A DNA stretch of 64,000 bases, taken from NCBI GenBank assembly GCA_016784125.1, contig JADHVI010000001.1:14417-78416 (forward strand), in the 5' to 3' direction. The position numbers and the translations under genes were made by a program. The DNA comes from Candidatus Woesearchaeota archaeon. GTDB lineage: Archaea > Nanobdellota > Nanobdellia > Woesearchaeales > GCA-2686295. The stretch's first letter is position 1; each line of letters begins with the position of its first letter. Of this stretch, positions 18,110 to 25,658 are shown piece after piece. The notes below the pieces were generated by a model. It did not search any database. It worked only from the letters and a program-made list of their open reading frames with translations, and had not been told where the DNA came from.

Positions 18110-21049
18110 TTATTCAAATTTAAGGTTGGAAGTTAAATAATTCCAAGGGAATTGGTCAATTGTTGTACCATTTATTCCCAAGATTTGCTCATTTCCACTT
18201 ATGGTGCTGAGGGTTATATTATAATGTTCATAACCTTTTTCAACAAACCATTCCTTTGTTAAGTCTTTTAAGAATGTAACATCTGAAAAACCTTTATACT
18301 TGATAACTAAAGCTTTTTCTTCTCTTATCGCCTCAATGGTTTTTTCACCAACTTGTTTAATAAATAGTTCTTCAAAGTCTCCAAACGTAGCATTCTTAGG
18401 CACTGTTACGTATTCAACAGATTGTGTTCCGCCTTCAAATAAATTTTCGAAAAAGGAAACAATGTTTTCCCAAACTTCTACAATAAATCCTAAGAATCCT
18501 GTTAGTGGTTCTCCTTTTTGTAAACTAAAGAATAGAATTCCAAAATGGGGGTTATAAGATGCATTTAGCCAAATATTTAAGTTGCCTTGATCGCATCTTC
18601 TTAAAAAGAAAGTTGCATTAAACACATCTGCGTCATCAAAATCACAAGTATAAGTTGTTGCATCTGTTTCGTAAACTGGATGAAACGACTTTAAGTTAAT
18701 ATTCAAAAACTGATTCATGTTTTCCTTTGAAACACCAGTACCAATTATGACATCACCATTTGTTTCTAATACACAGAAATTATCTGTTTGAGCAAATCCT
18801 TCACTTGGAATATAACCTTCTTGTAAGTTCATAACATCTTCAGTGTTTCCACAATGTAAGGAATAATCATTTTCTCCGGCCATTTCTAATAACTTCGCAG
18901 CAATTATTTTTAATCTCTTGGCATCCTTAAGGTATAACCAACCAGAAGGATCACAGTACCATGAACCTTTATTTTCAAAGAAAGACACTTTATTTTCGCT
19001 GTTAATAAGGTTAGTTGAACCTTCTAGTCCATCATAAGAATATTTGTAATCATCAAATCGATCGTAAGCATTATCCCCGCAAACCCAGAAGTCTCCTTCA
19101 TAAAATAATAGGTGTTGATTAAATCCTTCAATTGTGTAATCGTTGGTTGCATTTGCAAGAGTCATATCATTTGGAACAAAACTTCCGTTAAAACAAGCAG
19201 CCAAATCATCGTTGAAAAATTCTCCATAATTAAACCTTGTATCATCTCCACAACAGAAGTTACCTGTCCAGTCAAATGCCATCTGAACATTACAAGCATA
19301 AGAGTGAGGTCGTTTTTCATCATAACCTGCCGCTAAAGCAATAGCAGGATCTTCTGAATAATCAAGATCCTCAATCCAAGTTCCAAAGCCACCTGTACAA
19401 TAATAATTCTCACTATTATAATAGTCCGAGTCTCCTTCCTCTCTTAAAATTAGGTTATCAAACGCCGCGTAAACATTTGAATAACCATCTTTAACAGTTA
19501 AAGTTATTTTACTAACTTCTTTTGAATTAACATGAGTTAAAGTTGATAAATTTAAAATAACATAATTCCATCTAAAATCATTTTTATCCTTAATAGCCAG
19601 TAAATCTGAAACTTGTCCGGCAGATTCGATTGTTCCGTCATCATATTCAACAAATAATTCGTCAAAAGAGAACAATGCATTTGAAGCAAAAATAAATTCG
19701 AAGTATTCATAGTTTTCCCAATTATTAAACTTACCCTCAATGTTTATGTCAAGATCATCATCTGAAGACGCGGTTTTAACAGTTACGTAATCTTTGTATG
19801 ATTGTTCTGTTGTGTCAAAAGAATCGTAATTGTTTATTGTATGAAGGCTAACTCCCCGTCCGAACAAGTACCCTTTTCCTTTAAATTCATTGTCACATTT
19901 TCCTTCGTAACAACACTCAGCAAATTTACTGTTTCCTTGTTCAGAATAACAAATATAGCTCTGTTCTTTATCTAAGGAATTAGTTATTTCAATATCAATA
20001 CAGTCTCCGCCAAAACAACAACCATTGTCATATTGGCCAAAACATTCACTTGCAGATTCACATACAACTCCCCCACTAAGAACACAATCATCCCCTTCAT
20101 AAATTGGAGCAATACATTCTGCTGCTTCACCTAAACAGCAAACAGAATCCGCGGTTGTATCTGAAGAATTAATAATTGTACCTCCTGAACAAAGAGGCGT
20201 TTCACCATAACATAATTGCGTACTGCCAGAAGGTCCTTGATCTTCACAAGGCAAACCCGGACTAATTGAATGAAGACCGCCGAAGCATGCAAGCCAAGGC
20301 CCACAAACATCTTTTGGAAAATCACCACTTATAACATCCCACCAAGCACCAGGATTATCACAACCAATTCCTAATTCTTCACATTGTTGATCGCTATTTG
20401 GATATTCAGAAACAAAGGAATTTTCATCTCCTGCGAAACATTCAGAAAGACAGTTACCAATATTTGTTTCGGATGCAGAAGCATAACAACACCATTCATT
20501 TGTTTCAAGCAAGTTACAATCTACAAATTCGGGCGGATCATACCCTGCGGGTTCACCGGTAGAAAACTCGTGTTCAACACCTTCAGGAACCAATTCCCAA
20601 TAATTATCATTAAAATAATCTAAGCAGTTAACTTCATCATAACCATATGTTGGGTCGAAAGTATCATATTCATCAACATAATTTAAAGAATCATCTAAGT
20701 CACCTAACAAATCGATCTGACCAGACGCATTACAAGCAAACCATTCTCTTGCATTACTAATCAAATCATAAGAATAAATTTCATCTTCTGGCACTTCTGG
20801 TTCCGGTTCTGGTTCATCAACAATTATGTCACAAACTTCAGGACAAGAAAGTATGTTTTCAGCACCAAAACAGAGATCTAAACACACACCACCATACACT
20901 GCTTGACAAGTTGGGCCCGCACATTCTAAAGCACAATCAACTGGAGACACACATTCGTCTGCAATAGAGATTGAAGATAAAAATAGAACAAACACTACTG
21001 AAAGCAAAACAATTATTGAGGGTTTCCAATTTGTTTTTATTTTATCCAT
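18110..21049 (-). CDS. Large secreted Cys-rich protein (979 aa), function unknown
   Basis: Signal-peptide-like N-terminus (MDKIKTNWKPSIIVLLSVVFVLFLSSISIADE). Many Cys, a PEPEPE linker and an acidic composition. No C-terminal anchor is evident. The uninterrupted 2.9-kb ORF is a strong coding signal in AT-rich DNA. Confidence 0.7.
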   Translation of the reverse strand: MDKIKTNWKPSIIVLLSVVFVLFLSSISIADECVSPVDCALECAGPTCQAVYGGVCLDLCFGAENILSCPEVCDIIVDEPEPEPEVPEDEIYSYDLISNAREWFACNASGQIDLLGDLDDSLNYVDEYDTFDPTYGYDEVNCLDYFNDNYWELVPEGVEHEFSTGEPAGYDPPEFVDCNLLETNEWCCYASASETNIGNCLSECFAGDENSFVSEYPNSDQQCEELGIGCDNPGAWWDVISGDFPKDVCGPWLACFGGLHSISPGLPCEDQGPSGSTQLCYGETPLCSGGTIINSSDTTADSVCCLGEAAECIAPIYEGDDCVLSGGVVCESASECFGQYDNGCCFGGDCIDIEITNSLDKEQSYICYSEQGNSKFAECCYEGKCDNEFKGKGYLFGRGVSLHTINNYDSFDTTEQSYKDYVTVKTASSDDDLDINIEGKFNNWENYEYFEFIFASNALFSFDELFVEYDDGTIESAGQVSDLLAIKDKNDFRWNYVILNLSTLTHVNSKEVSKITLTVKDGYSNVYAAFDNLILREEGDSDYYNSENYYCTGGFGTWIEDLDYSEDPAIALAAGYDEKRPHSYACNVQMAFDWTGNFCCGDDTRFNYGEFFNDDLAACFNGSFVPNDMTLANATNDYTIEGFNQHLLFYEGDFWVCGDNAYDRFDDYKYSYDGLEGSTNLINSENKVSFFENKGSWYCDPSGWLYLKDAKRLKIIAAKLLEMAGENDYSLHCGNTEDVMNLQEGYIPSEGFAQTDNFCVLETNGDVIIGTGVSKENMNQFLNINLKSFHPVYETDATTYTCDFDDADVFNATFFLRRCDQGNLNIWLNASYNPHFGILFFSLQKGEPLTGFLGFIVEVWENIVSFFENLFEGGTQSVEYVTVPKNATFGDFEELFIKQVGEKTIEAIREEKALVIKYKGFSDVTFLKDLTKEWFVEKGYEHYNITLSTISGNEQILGINGTTIDQFPWNYLTSNLKFE

Positions 21050-21054
21050 AATAA

Positions 21055-22599
21055 TTACCTTATTGTATGTATCCTAAAACTATCTCTTTCTGCATCCCAC
21101 CAATTCCAATCGCCTGGCGGAGTTATATCAATACCAAAATCTTTTGAGGCATCATAGTCTTTATTACAAAAATATTGTCCTGTTGAGTCAATATAGAAAA
21201 AATCTGTTGTGTCTGATAAGGACACTATTTCCCAAACACATTCTGATTCAATACAACTTTCATAATTATTTATGTCTGCACAAATATCTACACATGCACC
21301 ACCATACACAACGTTACAAAAGCCACTGCTGCAATCAGAACCTGAACAAACAATACCTTCTGGGAGTAAACAGTCCCCATATAATAAAGGATCATCATCT
21401 CCACAGCAACCATCTCTGCCATTATTTGAAGATGCATCCGATAAATCTAAAGTATCAAAGTTAGATATTGGTCCTTGATTAGAAGGACAAATTCCTGGTT
21501 CTGTAGGATGATCTGGTTGATGCCAGCAATCAGGATCTTGCATGTCAGTTAATCCATCTCCATCATTATCGTTTTCATCGCTACAAACAATTAAAGAATT
21601 TCCGAAATCAGATTCGGTTATTGAATTGAATAGAGGAATATCTTCGAATTCCCAATCATTTTCGTGCGTTTCTCCATCAGCTCCTAGCATGCCGTGAGTT
21701 CCAGGACTTGCATCATCAGGTCCATCTCCTTTGGAACCTCTTGCACCCCCTGTTGCATAAAGACCGAGAGTTGTAGATGCATCTTTAGTAGTGAATTTGA
21801 AATAGGCCAAACCTCCTTTTCCTCCGCCGCCACCGCCACCACCGCCACCATCATCATTTCCTCCGAACGTACCATCATCATCTTTTCCGTTTTTCCCATT
21901 TCCACCTTTACCACCACTTGCAAGGATAAATAATTCACCTGTACCGGCAAAATGATTGGCAAAAACATAAATTTCTCCTGCTCCACCGCCGCCACCGCCA
22001 CCGCCACCGCCCGATCCAGCATCATTATAATCAGTATCTAAACAATTATTGCCTGTCGTTCCAAATCCTCCTGAAACAGATATTACCCCTGTGCCGTTAA
22101 CTCTTAATATGTCCGCGTATATAGCTAGTTTTGAACCTGCTTTTCCCGCGATGCCACCATTTGAATTTCCACTATTACAAGATTCTTTTTGAGTTCCTGC
22201 TACACCGTTTTCCCCGGATTTTCTTGAATCTCCACCTGGTCCGCCGGCACCACCATTTCCTCCATCACTATCCCCAGTACCACCATTTCCTGCGCCTCCA
22301 AAATCATCATCTGAGTCTTCCGCATGGGACGCCGCAACATCAATAAAGTCAAGTCTTGCATCGGTTAGTTTTAGTTCATTAAAGAAAAGAATATTGTCTT
22401 GTACATTGTAATTGGCTTTGATTGTTTGATCAGTTGTTATTTCACAAGTAACATTTTTATCTGCATATAAATCAGCCGCATACAAACATTCTCCAAGGTT
22501 ATCGCAGTAAATACCGCCATTGTCGCCACAAGTGGCGCTCACACTTACTGCTAGAATTATAAATATTAAACTAAAAAGTAAACCTCTTCTCCCGAACAT
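21055..22599 (-). CDS. Secreted Gly-rich / Cys-rich protein (514 aa) with a TSP3-like calcium-binding motif, function unknown
   Basis: Signal-peptide-like MFGRRGLLFSLIFIILAVSVSATC. Three repeats of a hydrophobic strand followed by a G-rich turn, including two runs of 10 or more Gly. CSDENDNDGDGLTDMQDPDC resembles thrombospondin type-3 repeats. The C-terminal Cys module is shared with the downstream protein. Confidence 0.7.
   Translation of the reverse strand: MFGRRGLLFSLIFIILAVSVSATCGDNGGIYCDNLGECLYAADLYADKNVTCEITTDQTIKANYNVQDNILFFNELKLTDARLDFIDVAASHAEDSDDDFGGAGNGGTGDSDGGNGGAGGPGGDSRKSGENGVAGTQKESCNSGNSNGGIAGKAGSKLAIYADILRVNGTGVISVSGGFGTTGNNCLDTDYNDAGSGGGGGGGGGGAGEIYVFANHFAGTGELFILASGGKGGNGKNGKDDDGTFGGNDDGGGGGGGGGGKGGLAYFKFTTKDASTTLGLYATGGARGSKGDGPDDASPGTHGMLGADGETHENDWEFEDIPLFNSITESDFGNSLIVCSDENDNDGDGLTDMQDPDCWHQPDHPTEPGICPSNQGPISNFDTLDLSDASSNNGRDGCCGDDDPLLYGDCLLPEGIVCSGSDCSSGFCNVVYGGACVDICADINNYESCIESECVWEIVSLSDTTDFFYIDSTGQYFCNKDYDASKDFGIDITPPGDWNWWDAERDSFRIHTIR
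21821..21850. repeat. GC-rich GGN trinucleotide tract (encodes poly-Gly in the 514-aa protein)
   Basis: Plus strand cctccgccgccaccgccaccaccgccacca. Minus strand GGT GGC GGT GGT GGC GGT GGC GGC GGA. Confidence 0.8.
21981..22013. repeat. GC-rich (GGCGGT)n tract (encodes poly-Gly in the 514-aa protein)
   Basis: Plus strand ccaccgccgccaccgccaccgccaccgcc. Minus strand is an approximately (GGCGGT)x3-4 hexanucleotide repeat. Confidence 0.8.
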
Positions 22600-22625
22600 A
22601 TTATTATAAACGCAAGATTTGGTAT

Positions 22626-23204
22626 TTATACTTTTCTATTTAAACTGGCTTCTTTGGCTTCTTTCTTGTTCATACCCAAAGTTACCCCAAAAGAAGTTAA
22701 GTCTTTCCATGCACGCATCTCGTTTGGCTTCTTTGCAAAGCTCGCTAGAAACATTCCAACACCATATTTTTGACACAACATCACGTTTTGTTTCATCCTG
22801 CCAATAATCATTTCTCGCTTCTTACCTTTCAAAATTTCGTTGAAGTTAAAGGCTATTGAAATTCCTTTCTCTTTAGCCAAAATAGATAATACTTGATTTA
22901 AGCCAGAACTTCTATAGTGGTGTTTGTCTTTTTGAAACTGCATTTCCAAATCAAAGACCACATCAAATTTCTTATTCTCAAAATGTTCGCGCGCACCTGT
23001 AGAAAAAATGTAATCATATCGAGAACTTACTTTATTCAACATACCAAAAAACAACCTCACAGACGTCTTAATATTCTTTACCCGTTCTAAATTTTTCTTG
23101 TCATTTTCTTCATATAAAAATATCAAACCTTTAGTTTCTAACAATTCAGCTCTTTTTACGAATTCTTCTTCATTTCCAGAAGGTATTACAACGTCGATGA
23201 ACAT
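22626..23204 (-). CDS. rnp3: RNase P protein component 3 (Rpp30 family)
   Basis: 192 aa. MFIDVVIP..., GLNQVLSILAKEKGISIAFNF..., REMIIGRMKQNVMLCQKYGVGMFLASFAKKPNEMRAWKDLTSFGVTLGM parallels the archaeal Rpp30 pattern (..DHVLAKLM..VA.GF...RA.LL..M....KY.V....S.A......R.PRDL.S.G...GM). Confidence 0.65.
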   Translation of the reverse strand: MFIDVVIPSGNEEEFVKRAELLETKGLIFLYEENDKKNLERVKNIKTSVRLFFGMLNKVSSRYDYIFSTGAREHFENKKFDVVFDLEMQFQKDKHHYRSSGLNQVLSILAKEKGISIAFNFNEILKGKKREMIIGRMKQNVMLCQKYGVGMFLASFAKKPNEMRAWKDLTSFGVTLGMNKKEAKEASLNRKV

Positions 23205-23225
23205 AGACTGTTAAAATAGAACTCT

Positions 23226-24089
23226 TTATTTAAAGCTTTTTATGAGTTGACAAGCTTTGCAAATATCTTCTTTTGCTGGTTCATCACAAACAGAACAGTA
23301 TTGAAAAAAACTTGTCTCAAATTTAATTTTTTCTAACATCAATAAATGCTTTTTCAAGATATTCAATTTTGTTCCAGAATTTTCTAATTCATAATTATTC
23401 AATGCGTCGCGAACTTGATTTCTAAATGAATCTTTAATATACAAACACTCATTGAAACTAACTTCAAAACCTTTCAACAATGCGTATGCGGCAACTTCTT
23501 TTTCAGAGCAAAAATAAAGTGGTTTAATCCGTTGAACAAAATTTCCAACTTTCTTAGTCATAGGAACAGAGTGCCATAACAAATCAACATTACCTTTCAT
23601 CAAATTCATTAGAACGGCTTGCGATTCGTCATCCATGTTGTGACCGGTGGCAATTTTACCAAATCCTCGAGCATACTTATTCATCAAATACCTTCGAAAA
23701 ATTCCACACACAGAACAAGGATGTTGCTTTTGCTTCAACATTTCGTCCAAGGTTTTACCAAACTCTTTTTCAAAAGAATAAATTCTTAATTCAATATTAT
23801 TCTTAGAACAAAACTTTTTCAAATCAATAAGCGTTTTATTTCTATATCCAAAAATACCTTCATCAATTGCGAGAGCCACAACTTTTTTATGAAATTTTTT
23901 TAACAAATACAAAACAGCAGTGGAATCCTTACCACCTGAACAAGCAACAACAATTTTTTCTTTTGGATTAACTAAAGAAAATTTCTTAATAGTTTCAAAA
24001 ACTTTCTTTTCGAAATAATCAATAAAATGTTTCTTGCAAAATTTAGGCACTAAAAAAACTGCTTTCTCAGAACATTTTGAACATTTCAT
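23226..24089 (-). CDS. tRNA 2-thiolation PP-loop ATPase (TtuA/NcsA family)
   Basis: N-terminal zinc finger CSKCSEKAVFLVPKFCKKH, PP-loop ACSGGKDS, CSVCGIFRR, C-terminal CSVCDEPAKEDICKAC. Confidence 0.8.
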   Translation of the reverse strand: MKCSKCSEKAVFLVPKFCKKHFIDYFEKKVFETIKKFSLVNPKEKIVVACSGGKDSTAVLYLLKKFHKKVVALAIDEGIFGYRNKTLIDLKKFCSKNNIELRIYSFEKEFGKTLDEMLKQKQHPCSVCGIFRRYLMNKYARGFGKIATGHNMDDESQAVLMNLMKGNVDLLWHSVPMTKKVGNFVQRIKPLYFCSEKEVAAYALLKGFEVSFNECLYIKDSFRNQVRDALNNYELENSGTKLNILKKHLLMLEKIKFETSFFQYCSVCDEPAKEDICKACQLIKSFK

Positions 24090-24284
24090 TTATCCACCTG
24101 AAATTACATTAAGTATCTTAATCGAATCATCATCATTAACAGAATCCTCTTCTGTAACTAAAGAGCCATTCTTAACAACTAAAACCGATGTTGGATTAAT
24201 ATCTAAACTTTTCAGCAATACAATTATCTTTCCTGAAAACTTTTTTTCCATCATTTTCTCATCCTTCTCGATAAAAATTTTCAT
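24090..24284 (-). CDS. ThiS/MoaD-type ubiquitin-like sulfur carrier (ends in Gly-Gly)
   Basis: MKIFIEKDEK...LVVKNGSLVTEEDSVNDDDSIKILNVISGG followed by a stop. It abuts the TtuA/NcsA start. The track ORF extends to 24335, but M18 at 24284 matches the family length of about 64 aa. Confidence 0.7.
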   Translation of the reverse strand: MKIFIEKDEKMMEKKFSGKIIVLLKSLDINPTSVLVVKNGSLVTEEDSVNDDDSIKILNVISGG

Positions 24285-24561
24285 ACAACTAGCTAAAACA
24301 AACTCTTTTTTAAAGTTAATCTCCGAGAATAACAATATTTAAATATAACTTTCCACAAGAAAACATAAGAATATGATAACTAACTATGAACATAACAACA
24401 GATTTGTGTTTTGGTTAGTGATTTCACTATTCAATATCAAGCCTAAGACTTGTTGAGAACTCACATTTTATCCGGGTTCTGAGCAAATCTTTGGGTGAGT
24501 AATTCTAAAGACTTGTAACGAACCTGGTTAAAAAAAAGTAAAAAACCAGGAGGTGTTAAAA

Positions 24562-24873
24562 ATGAGCGAATGTCTTATTTGTGAAGAGGTTATAACTAAC
24601 CCTGTTTGCACAGAGTGTTTGCAAAAAGAAATGGAGACCTGGTTATACGAAACCAGGCCCGACTTAATGGAAGAACTACAGAACAGAAGCTTTGAACTGT
24701 TCTTTGATAGAGGAAACACTAATTGTTTGGTGTGTAAGACAGAAATGTCTATATGTCCATATTGTTTCACAGATCATATTAGATCCTGGGTGATTGAGAA
24801 ATGTCCGGAACTTCTAGATAAATTCAACATTTTTTTTAATTTTCATTATGCTCAGGAAAGTTGGATTTGTTAA
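24562..24873 (+). CDS. Small zinc-finger protein with an internally duplicated double-CxxC module, function unknown
   Basis: GGAGGTG lies 7 nt upstream of the ATG at 24562. Two similar halves: CLICEEVITNPVCTECLQKEMETWLYETRPDLMEEL and CLVCKTEMSICPYCFTDHIRSWVIEKCPELLDKF. Confidence 0.55.
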   Translation: MSECLICEEVITNPVCTECLQKEMETWLYETRPDLMEELQNRSFELFFDRGNTNCLVCKTEMSICPYCFTDHIRSWVIEKCPELLDKFNIFFNFHYAQESWIC

Positions 24874-24907
24874 TCTCAATTAATAGATTAATGCTTTTCT
24901 AGCGTCT

Positions 24908-24944
24908 GAGAAATCTGTTTTTAACAGATTTCTCTTATTTTTTT
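24908..24944 (+). terminator. Perfect 12-bp hairpin followed by a T-run
   Basis: gagaaatctgtt-ttt-aacagatttctc (all 12 pairs checked by hand), then ttattttttt. It lies 35 nt after the stop of the zinc-finger gene. Confidence 0.45.
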
Positions 24945-25001
24945 CCACAGGAAATCAAGGGGGCATATCTTCTCTAAAAATCATGTTGAATAACGAAAGC
25001 C

Positions 25002-25035
25002 TTTATAAAGGAGGGCTAATTTCATTTATAAAGGA
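25002..25035 (+). promoter_or_regulatory. Two identical TATA-like 11-mers (TTTATAAAGGA) upstream of tbp
   Basis: Copies at 25002-25012 and 25025-25035. The tbp ATG is at 25076 and is preceded by GGGGGA. The same 11-mer lies upstream of rpl3 (43638-43648). Confidence 0.5.
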
Positions 25036-25075
25036 CGAGTTTTTTTAAGACTATAAAGAAACTTGGGGGATTAAA

Positions 25076-25657
25076 ATGGAAAAATCAAAAAGTGTACAAC
25101 CAAAACCTAAAAGCGTACCACAACCAAAAAACATACAAGTTGTAAACATCGTTGTCTCAACAAGCCTTGAACACGATATTCCGTTGGAAAAAATGGCCGC
25201 GGTTCTTAGCAACACCGAGTATAATCCAGAACAATTTCCAGGACTAGTTATTAGAATTAAAGAACCTAAAACTTCTGCATTGATATTCAGCTCTGGAAAA
25301 GTTGTTTGCACAGGTGCTAGGAGCATGAAGAAAGTAGAAGAATCAATACAAAAAATTATTGAAAGTTTAGAAAAAATAAACATTAAAATCAAAATTAAAC
25401 CAGTAATCAACGTCCAAAACATTGTTGCAAGCGGCAGCATAGGTATGGATTTGAATCTTAACGTTCTTGCAATGAAGCTTGATAATACTGAATACGAACC
25501 AGAACAATTTCCAGGACTAGTATTTAAGTTGATGGAAGCCAAAGCAACATTTTTGCTTTTCAGCAATGGAAAGGTTGTTTGCACAGGAACAAAATCTGAA
25601 AAAGAAGTCCATATAGCTCTCGATAAATTGATTGAGACCTTAAAAAACGTAAAGTAG
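25076..25657 (+). CDS. tbp: TATA-box binding protein
   Basis: Two TBP repeats: EYNPEQFPGLVIRIKEPKTSALIFSSGKVVCTGARS and EYEPEQFPGLVFKLMEAKATFLLFSNGKVVCTGTKS. Confidence 0.9.
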   Translation: MEKSKSVQPKPKSVPQPKNIQVVNIVVSTSLEHDIPLEKMAAVLSNTEYNPEQFPGLVIRIKEPKTSALIFSSGKVVCTGARSMKKVEESIQKIIESLEKINIKIKIKPVINVQNIVASGSIGMDLNLNVLAMKLDNTEYEPEQFPGLVFKLMEAKATFLLFSNGKVVCTGTKSEKEVHIALDKLIETLKNVK

Positions 25658-25658
25658 A

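Noticed and set aside
21684-22346. Alternative-frame ORFs rich in His, Val/Ala or Ser inside the 514-aa gene (21684-22025, 21694-21933, 22131-22346)
   Set aside because: They are artefacts of the GGN/GGC repeat tracts being open in several frames. The 514-aa frame has a signal peptide, is continuous and shares a module with the neighbouring gene.
24373-24482. Possible C/D-box sRNA (AUGAUA…/GUGAUU… with a downstream CUGA)
   Set aside because: The box matches are poor, the spacing (65-107 nt) is wrong for archaeal C/D sRNAs, and there is no terminal stem or guide logic.
24336-24552. tRNA search in this and the other longer intergenic regions (13975-14255, 37334-37428, 39322-39444, 43614-43785, 63536-63653)
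   Set aside because: I could fold no cloverleaf with acceptor/T-arm pairing and found no GTTC-type T-loop. The regions are AT-rich and better explained as promoters or leaders. A tRNAscan run would settle this.
25051-25584. 177-aa ORF antisense to tbp, plus many similar long antisense ORFs (for example 6181-6645, 7213-7713, 16515-16925, 46040-46555, 49467-49946, 52910-53347, 62293-62670)
   Set aside because: Each overlaps a confidently identified conserved gene on the other strand and has Ser/Phe/Leu/Ile-rich low-complexity composition. This is typical of shadow ORFs opposite K/E-rich genes in AT-rich DNA.
25076-25657. Internal direct repeat in tbp
   Set aside because: This is the well-known two-fold pseudo-symmetric TBP domain duplication, not a novel repeat.
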